Source: Candidatus Riflebacteria bacterium HGW-Riflebacteria-1
GTDB taxonomy: Bacteria > Muiribacteriota > Ozemobacteria > Ozemobacterales > Ozemobacteraceae
DNA length: 64,000 nt
Direction: 5' to 3'
NCBI GenBank assembly: GCA_002839445.1
Contig: PGYB01000001.1
Coordinates: forward strand, 282,735-346,734
Shown: piece after piece, positions 1-8,283 of the stretch
Numbering within the stretch: position 1 is the first letter of the stretch
Layout of the letters: each line of letters opens with the position of its first letter
Made by a program: the position numbers and the translations under genes
The notes under the pieces: generated by a model
The model's database searches: none
The model's input: the letters and a program-made list of their open reading frames with translations, nothing else
What the model was told of the DNA's origin: nothing

Positions 1-1
1 G

Positions 2-199
2 GGCAAAACGGGCCAGTCTCAGGAACTCATTATCCTGATCACTCCGCACATCATTGCCCAGAGCATCGAGTCTTCTGCTCCGACATCGCTGGTTCCAGCA
101 GGAATGCCTTCAACAGCTGCCACCCCGCAGCCGGCATTCACTCAGCCAGCCGGCACTATCGACGATTCATTCGACAACGCTTTCGACACCTCATTCTGA
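2..199 (+). CDS. 3' end of a secretin-family gene (GspD/PilQ-like C-terminus), partial
   Basis: Frame-2 translation from the window start reads ...GKTGQSQELIILITPHIIAQSIESS...DTSF and stops at TGA 197-199. ELIILITPHII matches the conserved secretin C-terminal motif (ELLIFxTPxIV). The provided ORF 54..383 is in a different frame and is less plausible. Confidence 0.45.
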   Translation, partial: GKTGQSQELIILITPHIIAQSIESSAPTSLVPAGMPSTAATPQPAFTQPAGTIDDSFDNAFDTSF

Positions 200-290
200 C
201 AACTCCGACACAAAAGGGGCTGAACCTAAGGGTTCGGCCCCTTCTCCTTTTAGTCTGTTTAACGCATTCCGCGGGAAAAGCGCCGCGCAG

Positions 291-1463
291 CTAACTGCCT
301 GGCAGGCGCTTCTGCTCCTCGCGAAGCCTGGCGAGACGCGCGCTGACCTGCTGCAAGGTCTCTCCGCCGGTCATTTTCACTAGCTGAGACGCCAGTTCTA
401 TTGCAATTATAGACTCGGCTACCACTGCTGCCGCGGTTATCGCCTGGGTATCAGAGCGATAGAATTCTGGCTGGGCCAGCTGGCCTGAACGCAGATCAAC
501 AGAGTCTACCCGAGCATTGGCAGGCAATGGCTTCATGTGAAAGCGCAAAAGCAGCGGCGCCCCGTTGCTCATACCGCCCTCAAGGCCGCCGGCGTAGTTA
601 GTCATCCGCGACCAGCCATTTTTTGAGTCGTAAGCAATCGGGTCAGCGGCGGGACAGTCTCCAGATGCCTGTTGCAGAGCCATGCCAATTTCAACACCCC
701 TGACCGCAGGTATGCTCATCAGCAACCCGGCAAGTCGTGAATCAAGGCGCAGATCGTGCTGGGTATGGCTGCCCAGGCCAATCGGCAGATTCCAGAATAT
801 GACGGCGGCAGTGCCACCAAGACTGGCATTATCAGAGGCAGCCGAGTCAACCAGTCTTTTCCATGATTGAATAATCGCCAAATCAGGCGTCATGAAATCA
901 TCGCCGCCGGCAGCAATCAATTCAGCAAGAGCAGCCGGACTCTGATTGTAGTCAATGCTTGCAGTAATTCCACCAAGGCATTCGACCAGACATAGTGATC
1001 TTACCTCTAGCGCTTCGAGCAGACAGCGCGGCGGCACTGACAACGCAGTGCGCATTACTGTTTCGCGAGCTGAAGCACGTTCGCGAATGTTTCGGCAATC
1101 ACTCAGGCCGTATTTGACAATACCAGGCAAGTCAGCGTGGCCCGGCAACGGCACGTGGATGGCAGAGCTCTGGTCATGCGCCGCAAGAGACACCCCGTCG
1201 GCGCCAGGACTTGTGAATTCAGCATTGCCAATCTGTAAGGCAATCGGGGCACCAGTAGTATAACCAGCACGCAACCCGGCGGTTACAGTTACCTCGTCAG
1301 TCTCGATTTTCTGCCGCGCACCGCGTCCATAGCCGGCTCTTCGTCGCCGCAGCAGGCTGGCAAAACATTCGGGAACAACCTCTACTCCTGACGGCATGCC
1401 CTCGAGTATGCCGGTAAGCGCGGCTCCATGTGATTCGCCGGCGGTGAGATAGCGCAGGCCCAT
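291..1463 (-). CDS. aroC: chorismate synthase
   Basis: MGLRYLTAGESHG... N-terminus and full-length similarity to AroC. The real ATG is at 1463-1461, preceded by GGAG. The ORF track's upstream extension to 1541 was rejected. Confidence 0.9.
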   Translation of the reverse strand: MGLRYLTAGESHGAALTGILEGMPSGVEVVPECFASLLRRRRAGYGRGARQKIETDEVTVTAGLRAGYTTGAPIALQIGNAEFTSPGADGVSLAAHDQSSAIHVPLPGHADLPGIVKYGLSDCRNIRERASARETVMRTALSVPPRCLLEALEVRSLCLVECLGGITASIDYNQSPAALAELIAAGGDDFMTPDLAIIQSWKRLVDSAASDNASLGGTAAVIFWNLPIGLGSHTQHDLRLDSRLAGLLMSIPAVRGVEIGMALQQASGDCPAADPIAYDSKNGWSRMTNYAGGLEGGMSNGAPLLLRFHMKPLPANARVDSVDLRSGQLAQPEFYRSDTQAITAAAVVAESIIAIELASQLVKMTGGETLQQVSARLARLREEQKRLPGS

Positions 1464-1647
1464 AGTGAATCTCCTGATAACTGCCAGATTTCTTCGCCCC
1501 ATTTTAACGCACCCGGCAAAATAGCGCAAAATAACTCTCAAACAAAGGCTGCAAAATGTCGATTGATTTCCTGATAAAGAAAATAAGCAGATATCCCTAA
1601 CCTTTGGCAGAAATTCTGCCGATATATCGTTTAGGGAAGGTATTATT

Positions 1648-2211
1648 TTGGCAAACTTGAATCCAACACTGGACAGACAGCATCAGGCCGCAGTAGAACT
1701 GCTCGGCCGCGAGCCGCGTACGCCTTTTACGATTAAGACCCTTTGCCCGGATGGCACACCCCAAGTGCTGATGGCAGACCCGGTTTTTAAGGAAGATGGT
1801 GTCTGGAAACCGTTTCCAGCTTTTCTGTGGCTGGTCTGCCCGCGACTCAAGAATCTGGTTGCCGATCTTGAACAGAAAGGTCAGGTCAGGGAATTCTCGC
1901 AAAAACTGTCTTCTGATGACGACTTCAAAGACAAGTTTCTGCATGGCCAGAATGAAATTGCCAGACTTCGGGTCAGCATGGCCGAAAAGATCTACCCAGG
2001 CGAGCTGCCTGAACATATTAGAGAGATTCTGAGCACAACGACCATTGCCGGCAGTAGAGATTTCAAGGGCGTAAAGTGCCTGCATTCACACCTCGCGCAG
2101 GAACTGGCTTTTCATAACAACCCGATCGGTGCAGAGGTGCTCGAACAGGTAAAAAATTGCAGCAAGACAGATTGCTGTGGCAAATACAACTCCATAAGGA
2201 GCGATCTATGA
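1648..2211 (+). CDS. DUF501-family protein
   Basis: KPFPAFLWLVCPRL motif, as recalled for DUF501. Its stop overlaps the flgF ATG (ATGA). Confidence 0.45.
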   Translation: MANLNPTLDRQHQAAVELLGREPRTPFTIKTLCPDGTPQVLMADPVFKEDGVWKPFPAFLWLVCPRLKNLVADLEQKGQVREFSQKLSSDDDFKDKFLHGQNEIARLRVSMAEKIYPGELPEHIREILSTTTIAGSRDFKGVKCLHSHLAQELAFHNNPIGAEVLEQVKNCSKTDCCGKYNSIRSDL

Positions 2212-3047
2212 TTCGCGGTATCTATACTGCTTCGTCATCAATGCTGTGCGAGATTGTCCGGCAGGACATGGTAGCGAACAATCTGGCCAACGTTGACACG
2301 GCAGGCTTCAAGCAGGATCAGGGCATTTTCAAGGAACTGCCGACAATGGTTCTGCGCAAGGTCAACGATGGGCAGCTTTACCCGCCCCGCCCCTTCTACA
2401 AGTTCCCCAAAATCGGCGAACTGGGCACCGGCGTCATTCTCGACGAATCATTCACCAATTTCAAGGCTGGCGCTTTTGAACACACAGGAAACGAACTCGA
2501 CATCGCGCTCGAGAACGAGAAAGCATTTCTTGTGGTTGAGTCGGACAAGGGAACCAGATTCTCGCGTGACGGCATTCTGAACATAAATCAGGAAGGTTTT
2601 CTGACCAACATGCACGGCGATTATATTCTCGCCGACAGCGACCCAGTCGACGAAAACCCCGGCAACATCCTTGATGCAGAAGGCAACCTCAACACAAGAC
2701 TGCAGAGAGTCCAGGTTGGCGAGGGACAAGCCGTAACCATAGACCGCGACGGAAGAGTACTCATCGACAATGTGCCGGCGTTCAGAATCGCCCAGGGCAT
2801 GGCTGCTGACCGCAAGGCCTTTCGCAAGGAAGGCGCCAACAAATTCGTGCAGGCTTATGGCGAGGTAGCAAGGGCTGAGGGAAACATCAAGCAGGGCTAC
2901 GTCGAAAAGCCGAATTTCAGCCTGGTCGAGGAAATGGTGCGCATGATCGAAGTATCACGCGCTTATGAAGCAAATTCTAAAGTAATTCAGTCTCACGATG
3001 GCCTTCTTGACAAGGCGATCAACTCGGTTGGCGCAACCAGGCGCTGA
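2208..3047 (+). CDS. flgF: flagellar basal-body rod protein FlgF
   Basis: MIRGIYTASSSM...NNLANVDTAGFK N-terminal rod motif and C-terminal VEEMVRMIEVSRAYEANSKVIQ. AGGAG RBS before ATG 2208. Lies immediately upstream of flgG. Confidence 0.75.
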   Translation: MIRGIYTASSSMLCEIVRQDMVANNLANVDTAGFKQDQGIFKELPTMVLRKVNDGQLYPPRPFYKFPKIGELGTGVILDESFTNFKAGAFEHTGNELDIALENEKAFLVVESDKGTRFSRDGILNINQEGFLTNMHGDYILADSDPVDENPGNILDAEGNLNTRLQRVQVGEGQAVTIDRDGRVLIDNVPAFRIAQGMAADRKAFRKEGANKFVQAYGEVARAEGNIKQGYVEKPNFSLVEEMVRMIEVSRAYEANSKVIQSHDGLLDKAINSVGATRR

Positions 3048-3081
3048 CGCATAATCTGAGCGAACCGGAGGAAAAAAGCCT

Positions 3082-3870
3082 ATGATGAGAGCATTGTGGT
3101 CTGCATCAACCGGCATGAAAGGCCAGGAGCTCAACATTGCCGTTGTCTCCAACAACCTTTCGAACGTTACTACAACAGGGTTCAAAAAGAGCAGGGTCGA
3201 CTTTCAGGATCTGATGTATCAGACTCTGGCAGAGCCAGGCGCGCCGATATCTAGCGACAACACCTACCCGGTAGGCATTCAGCTCGGTCACGGTGTCAGA
3301 CCAGTTGCAACCCAGCGCATGTTCAGCCAGGGCGAATTCCAGCAGACCGAGCAGCCGCTCGATGTTGTAATCGAAGGCAAAGGTTTCTTTCAGATCCAGC
3401 TGCCTAATGGCGACACGGCATACACGCGAGATGGCGCATGGAAACTGTCAGAGAATGGCACCGTCGTAACTTCTGATGGCTACACGGTTCTTCCCGGCTT
3501 TACCATTCCGCGCGAAGCTATTGGTATCAATATCACCTCGTCAGGTATCATTGCAGCCAAAATGCCTGGTCAGGTTGATCTTGAAGTTCTCGGGCAGATC
3601 GAAACCGCCAACTTCATCAATCCGCCCGGCCTAAAAGCAATCGGCCGCAACCTTTTCATTCCAAGTGGCAGTTCGGGTGAAGCAGTGGTAGGCATTCCCG
3701 GCACCGAAGAACTCGGCGAAATCGCTCAGGGTTTTATTGAAATGGCCAACGTAAAGGTTGTTGAAGAAATGGTCAACATGATCGTTGCCCAGCGCGCTTA
3801 CGAAGCCAACTCAAAAACAATTCAGACCTCAGACACTATGTTGCAGATAGCCAACAATTTGCGAAGATAA
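3082..3870 (+). CDS. flgG: flagellar basal-body rod protein FlgG
   Basis: MMRALWSASTGM...NNLSNVTTTGFK, 262 aa, C-terminal MVNMIVAQRAYEANSKTIQ. Canonical FlgG. Confidence 0.85.
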   Translation: MMRALWSASTGMKGQELNIAVVSNNLSNVTTTGFKKSRVDFQDLMYQTLAEPGAPISSDNTYPVGIQLGHGVRPVATQRMFSQGEFQQTEQPLDVVIEGKGFFQIQLPNGDTAYTRDGAWKLSENGTVVTSDGYTVLPGFTIPREAIGINITSSGIIAAKMPGQVDLEVLGQIETANFINPPGLKAIGRNLFIPSGSSGEAVVGIPGTEELGEIAQGFIEMANVKVVEEMVNMIVAQRAYEANSKTIQTSDTMLQIANNLRR

Positions 3871-3881
3871 GGTAGGCCGTT

Positions 3882-4946
3882 TTGAATAAACTAAACCCGG
3901 CAAAACGCACTGGCATTGCTGTTATCTGCCTTGCTATGGCGCTGTTAAGCTGCCAGCAGGTCAGTGCCGCCATAAGCGCTCCCAGTGCCAGAAGTCAGAT
4001 TACTTCTCTCAAATCAATTGTGATGGTTAATGGCAGCGAAATCACTGCCGACTGCCTGATCAAAAGTGAAACCAGCGCACAGCTGCGCGAAAATCTTGCA
4101 TCGATCCAGCTTGGGCACATACCTGATCCTCTCGGAGAACTGGTTCTAAGGAAATCAGACATCCAGCGCAAGCTGGGAAAGCTGGCCGCCAGCGTTGCTA
4201 TTCCCGACTTCATTACTATCCGTAGAGCTGGCGCCATACTTAAAGGCGCTGATATCATCGAGCGCATAAGTTCGATCTGCCAGGAGCAGGTTGCCGGCGG
4301 GCTGGCAATAGACCTTTCGCGTATACCGGCAAACATTGTATTGCCGGGCGAACTGCAGAGCTGGGATATCAACACTAATTCAGATAACGTTCTGGGAATG
4401 CGCCTGTTCGTACTGACCGCGCAAACTGGCGGCGGCCCTTTCCGTCAGCTCATACAGGTTCGTGTCAGCCGTGTTGTCGAGGCAGCAGAACTGACAAGAC
4501 TGGCCAAGCCGGGAGAGCTGATCAACGGCGAAATGATCCGAAAAAAGAAAATCGAAGTTAAAAGTGATCAGAGCAATGTTCCGCTAACTTATGAAGAAGC
4601 TGTTGGAAAGTGTCTTGGCAGGTTCAAGTCAGCCGGCACCGTATTGCGCAGCAGTGATCTGTCTACCGGCCCGAAAAACATCTGCAGCAAAAGCAGTTCA
4701 AGCAATAATCTGGAAACCAGCACAGAAAGTCGTGTAAAAACGAGCTCTCGCGATTCATGGCTTATCAAGCCCGGCGAAAGTGTTGATTTCCATTTCAACA
4801 GCGGCACTCTTACGCTTAAAATACCGGCAAAAGCTGTTCAGGGCGGTGGTGAAGGCGATGAAATCACTCTGATAAATCTGCAGAATCAGCGACGCATTCG
4901 TGGAATAATCAAGGACAAAGGCAGGGTTGAATATGCACAGAACTAG
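3882..4946 (+). CDS. flgA: flagellar basal-body P-ring formation chaperone FlgA (SAF/ChapFlgA domain)
   Basis: Signal peptide and C-terminal GDEITLINLQNQRRIRGIIKDKGRVEY, typical of FlgA. Positioned between flgG and flgH. TTG start with an AAGGTAGG RBS. Confidence 0.6.
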   Translation: MNKLNPAKRTGIAVICLAMALLSCQQVSAAISAPSARSQITSLKSIVMVNGSEITADCLIKSETSAQLRENLASIQLGHIPDPLGELVLRKSDIQRKLGKLAASVAIPDFITIRRAGAILKGADIIERISSICQEQVAGGLAIDLSRIPANIVLPGELQSWDINTNSDNVLGMRLFVLTAQTGGGPFRQLIQVRVSRVVEAAELTRLAKPGELINGEMIRKKKIEVKSDQSNVPLTYEEAVGKCLGRFKSAGTVLRSSDLSTGPKNICSKSSSSNNLETSTESRVKTSSRDSWLIKPGESVDFHFNSGTLTLKIPAKAVQGGGEGDEITLINLQNQRRIRGIIKDKGRVEYAQN

Positions 4947-5532
4947 ATCAATATTACTGGCTATGGCCATAGTGCTGGCTTTCAGCAATTCTGCTACAGC
5001 TGCCGGTTCGCTGTGGCTCAGCGGAAACGATCTTTATTCATCAAAAAATTCTCGCGAATACCGTCCCGGCGACATAATCACCATAGTTATTTCTGAAGAA
5101 TCGAATGCCCAGTCAAAAGCTACCACAAACACTCAGAAAGACAGCACAGTTGAAGTCTCATCTGGTCCCGAAATCCCGATAGTCAAGAATCTGGTCAAAA
5201 ATTTTGTTGGCAAAACCGAGAGTTCAAGTGAATTTGACGGCGAGGGCACAACAACACGTTCGGGCAAATTGACCGGTACTATTACAGCCACAGTTCTGGA
5301 AGTAATGAGCAATGGCAACCTGCTCGTCGAGGGCAGCCGCTCAATTGTAGTAAACCGCGAAACCCAGATCATGAAAGTTCGCGGTGTCGCCAGACCTCGC
5401 GATATCGACGCCAACAACATCATCAATTCAAAACTTCTCGCTGATGCCCAGATCAAGTTCGACGGCAGAGGCGTTGTCGGCAGAGTCAATCGCCCCGGCA
5501 TAGTAACCAGGCTTTTTCAGAGCGTTTTGTGA
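4927..5532 (+). CDS. flgH: flagellar L-ring lipoprotein FlgH
   Basis: Signal peptide, GDIITIVISE...SNGNLLVEGSRSIVVNRETQIMKVRGVARPRDI, typical FlgH. Start is TTG 4927 or ATG 4933. Confidence 0.85.
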   Translation: MNMHRTRSILLAMAIVLAFSNSATAAGSLWLSGNDLYSSKNSREYRPGDIITIVISEESNAQSKATTNTQKDSTVEVSSGPEIPIVKNLVKNFVGKTESSSEFDGEGTTTRSGKLTGTITATVLEVMSNGNLLVEGSRSIVVNRETQIMKVRGVARPRDIDANNIINSKLLADAQIKFDGRGVVGRVNRPGIVTRLFQSVL

Positions 5533-5591
5533 CTGTGCTTTAGTTTTTCTGCAAGCGAATAGCAAGTCGCTGCAGGCAAGTTTAACGAGCT

Positions 5592-5627
5592 GCCGCCCCA
5601 AAGCTGTTGGGGCGGTTTATTTTTTTG
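5592..5627 (+). terminator. Rho-independent terminator after flgH
   Basis: CCGCCCC-9 nt loop-GGGGCGG stem (5593-5615) followed by TTTATTTTTTT. Confidence 0.55.
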
Positions 5628-5648
5628 CAGCAAATTATGCACAATACA

Positions 5649-5679
5649 TTGAACATGCATGGCAAAATCTGCTATAAAT
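5649..5679 (+). promoter_or_regulatory. putative sigma-70 promoter for the carbamoyltransferase cassette
   Basis: TTGAAC (5649-5654), 18-nt spacer, TATAAA(T) (5673-5679). The -10 is embedded in the perfect 14-bp palindrome CTATAAATTTATAG (5672-5685), a possible operator. Confidence 0.3.
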
Positions 5680-5706
5680 TTATAGTCACGCAAAGGAATC
5701 TCCTGT

Positions 5707-7536
5707 TTGTATATTCTTGGCATTTCAGCTTACTACCACGACTCCGCCGCATGCCTCGTGCATAACGGCAGTATAGTTGCGGCTGCTCAGGAAGAGCGTT
5801 TCACCCGAATTAAACATGACAGCAGGTTTCCTTTGCACGCGGTCAGCTATTGCCTTGAGCATGCCGGCATAACCATGCAGCAGGTAGACAGCCTGGTTTT
5901 TTACGAGAAGCCATTTATAAAGTTTGAACGCCTGCTTAAGACCTACCTGAGCTTCGCTCCGGCCGGCTTGACCTCATTTTTTCACGCAATGCCAATGTGG
6001 ATCAAGGACAAGCTGTTCATGAAGTCCGAGATCGCGCACCTTATCAAAGAACATTTTGCCCAACTGCCCAAAGAAATCTTTTTCTACAAACATCACCGCT
6101 CACACGCGGCTTCGGCTTTTTTTCCATCGCCGTATCAGAAAGCTGCAGTGCTCTGCCTTGACGGTGTTGGTGAATGGGCAACAACTACCGCGTGGCAGGG
6201 CTCTGGCAATCAGCTCGACCAGCTGTGGGAGATCAGGTTTCCGCACTCACTCGGTCTTCTGTATTCGGCCTTTACGGTTTATACCGGCTTTAAGGTCAAC
6301 AGCGGCGAATATAAACTGATGGGGCTCGCGCCCTATGGCAAGCCGGTTTACCGGCAACTGATTCTTGACAATCTCGTTGATGTAAAAGCAGATGGCACCT
6401 TTCGCCTTAATATGGATTATTTTGATTACTGCACCGGCCTGAACATGTTCAACGATAGCTTCTGCCGGCTTTTTGGCGGACCAGCAAAAAAAGCTGAAGC
6501 GCAGACTAGCGAACGCGAGATGAATCTGGCCAGGTCAATACAGGATGTCTGCGAAGAAATCGTGCTAAAACTCGGCACCAGCCTGCACTCCGAGACCGGC
6601 CTCGACAATCTGTGCATGGCCGGCGGCGTTGCGTTAAACTGCGTCGCCAATGGGCGCCTGCTGCGGGAAGGTCCGTTCAAGTCGATCTGGATCCAGCCGG
6701 CGGCTGGCGATGCCGGCGGAGCGGCTGGAGCCGCACTGGGTGTCTGGTTCGAACACGGCAAAAACCCGCGCCAGCCTTCGACGCCAGATATGATGCAGGG
6801 TTGCTATCTTGGGCCAGCGTTCAGCAACAGCCAGATCAAAGCTTTTCTAGACCAGCACGCTATTCCGTATGCGCAGATAGACGATCAGGCACTTTTTGAA
6901 ACAATCGCCGACGATCTCAAAAGCGAAAGAGTCATCGGCTGGTTTTCAGGTCGTATGGAATACGGTCCACGCGCACTTGGCGCGCGCAGCATTATCGGTG
7001 ACGCGCGTTCTACAAAAATGCAGACGACAATGAATCTTAAAATCAAATTCCGTGAATCTTTCAGGCCGTTCGCGCCATCGGTGCTTCGCAAAAGGCTTTC
7101 CGACTATTTTGATCTCAACTCTGACACACCATACATGCTGTTGACCGCGCAGGTAAAAAGGGAGCGCATGATCGAAACAAGCGATGAACAAAAATCATTC
7201 ACCGGCTTAAAGCTGCTCAACGTCGCACGTTCAGAGATTCCGGCCATTACTCATGTTGATGGTTCAGCGCGAATTCAGTCTGTGCACCCCGAAACAAACC
7301 CTCGCTATCACGCAATGATCGAAGCGTTTGAGAAAATAACCGGCTGCGCCGTTATAGTTAACACATCTTTTAACGTGCGTGGCGAGCCAATTGTGTGCAC
7401 CCCGCTGGATGCCTACAAATGCTTCATGCGCACTGAAATGGACAATCTTGTTCTCGAAAATTTTTATCTGAAAAAAGAAGATCAGCCTCGTGAAATCATT
7501 GAAAAACTGGGACTTGAAGCCTTTGCACCAGACTGA
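5707..7536 (+). CDS. NodU/CmcH-family carbamoyltransferase
   Basis: 609 aa. N-terminal MYILGISAYYHDSAACLV..QEERFTRIKHD (ASKHA-like) and a C-terminal carbamoyltransferase region. TTG start with an AAAGGAAT RBS. Confidence 0.85.
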   Translation: MYILGISAYYHDSAACLVHNGSIVAAAQEERFTRIKHDSRFPLHAVSYCLEHAGITMQQVDSLVFYEKPFIKFERLLKTYLSFAPAGLTSFFHAMPMWIKDKLFMKSEIAHLIKEHFAQLPKEIFFYKHHRSHAASAFFPSPYQKAAVLCLDGVGEWATTTAWQGSGNQLDQLWEIRFPHSLGLLYSAFTVYTGFKVNSGEYKLMGLAPYGKPVYRQLILDNLVDVKADGTFRLNMDYFDYCTGLNMFNDSFCRLFGGPAKKAEAQTSEREMNLARSIQDVCEEIVLKLGTSLHSETGLDNLCMAGGVALNCVANGRLLREGPFKSIWIQPAAGDAGGAAGAALGVWFEHGKNPRQPSTPDMMQGCYLGPAFSNSQIKAFLDQHAIPYAQIDDQALFETIADDLKSERVIGWFSGRMEYGPRALGARSIIGDARSTKMQTTMNLKIKFRESFRPFAPSVLRKRLSDYFDLNSDTPYMLLTAQVKRERMIETSDEQKSFTGLKLLNVARSEIPAITHVDGSARIQSVHPETNPRYHAMIEAFEKITGCAVIVNTSFNVRGEPIVCTPLDAYKCFMRTEMDNLVLENFYLKKEDQPREIIEKLGLEAFAPD

Positions 7537-7951
7537 ACAGATAGCCGCAAAAACCTTGTCAGACGAACGAGAACGCAGCAACGAACTGCGCAGTTTTGGC
7601 CTGCTTGTTGGCGCGGCGTTTCTGGCTATAGGCCTCTGGCCGATGCTGAGCCAGTCCGGAACAAGAATCTGGGCCATGCTGCTGGCAACTGTTCTTATTC
7701 TGCCAGCGCTTGTGCAACCATCATGGCTCAAAGTGCCGCACGCAATCTGGATGAAAATCGGCGCGGCGCTCGGCTGGTTCAATACCCGACTGATTCTGGG
7801 GATTCTGTATGTTGTCGCAGTAGTGCCGGTTGCTCTGCTTTTGCGCGTCACCGGCAAAACTCCGCTACAGCTCAAGTTTGACAAGACCGCAGCAAGCTAT
7901 CGTGAAAAGCCAGATTCTGACGATGATCAGAACATAACTCAACAATATTAA
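7490..7951 (+). CDS. SxtJ-like small membrane protein (carbamoyltransferase-associated)
   Basis: 153 aa with hydrophobic helices, immediately downstream of and overlapping the carbamoyltransferase. This pairing is conserved in related cassettes, from memory. Confidence 0.5.
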   Translation: MKSLKNWDLKPLHQTEQIAAKTLSDERERSNELRSFGLLVGAAFLAIGLWPMLSQSGTRIWAMLLATVLILPALVQPSWLKVPHAIWMKIGAALGWFNTRLILGILYVVAVVPVALLLRVTGKTPLQLKFDKTAASYREKPDSDDDQNITQQY

Positions 7952-7965
7952 AGAGGACCCGAAAA

Positions 7966-8145
7966 TTGGAAAATCTCGAAAAATCAACGACCAGAACCGC
8001 TACCATAGCAGAACTACTTGGCTTTCTCTGGAAAAAGAAGCAATGGCTGCTGCTGCCGATCGTCATCAGCCTGTTGATGCTGGGCATTCTTCTTACCCTG
8101 GCCAGCTCATCACCGCTCGGCACCTTCATGTATACGATCTTTTGA
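7966..8145 (+). CDS. DUF5989-like small membrane protein (SxtK-like), not in the ORF track
   Basis: TTG-start 59-codon ORF LENLEKSTTRTATIAELLGFLWKKKQWLLLPIVISLLMLGILLTLASSSPLGTFMYTIF. It resembles the DUF5989 pattern (…FLK…KKWWLLPIIL…SAVAPFIYTLF). Missed by the track because it is under 60 aa. Confidence 0.5.
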   Translation: MENLEKSTTRTATIAELLGFLWKKKQWLLLPIVISLLMLGILLTLASSSPLGTFMYTIF

Positions 8146-8209
8146 TCTCTTAATTTTTCTCGTGCTCGTTCTCGCACCTGAGCGCCCCGGCACCAGCGCA
8201 CCTGCGTGT

Positions 8210-8227
8210 CGTAATCGTAATCGATTA
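8210..8227. repeat. CGTAATCGTAATCGATTA palindromic-unit motif (copy 1)
   Basis: Direct reading. The unit CGTAATCG is its own reverse complement's partner, CGATTACG. Confidence 0.6.
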
Positions 8228-8237
8228 TCTCTATCTT

Positions 8238-8250
8238 TCTCTCTCTCTCT
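8238..8250. repeat. (TC)6 dinucleotide microsatellite upstream of the SGNH/TPR gene
   Basis: tctctctctctct read directly in the 8146-8283 intergenic region. Confidence 0.6.
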
Positions 8251-8283
8251 GACCAGATTTAGAAAAAGGATTGACCCAGTTTT

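Noticed and set aside
54-383. 109-aa plus-strand ORF from the track overlapping the aroC 3' end
   Set aside because: The translation is low-complexity and Ser/Leu-rich with no motif, and it overlaps aroC antisense. The frame-2 reading (2-199), with a secretin-like C-terminus and a clean stop, is more plausible.
8271-8276. TTGACC hexamer as a -35 for the SGNH/TPR gene
   Set aside because: It lies only 8 nt upstream of the proposed TTG start, leaving no room for a -10 plus leader. The real promoter must lie further upstream, or the start codon is different.
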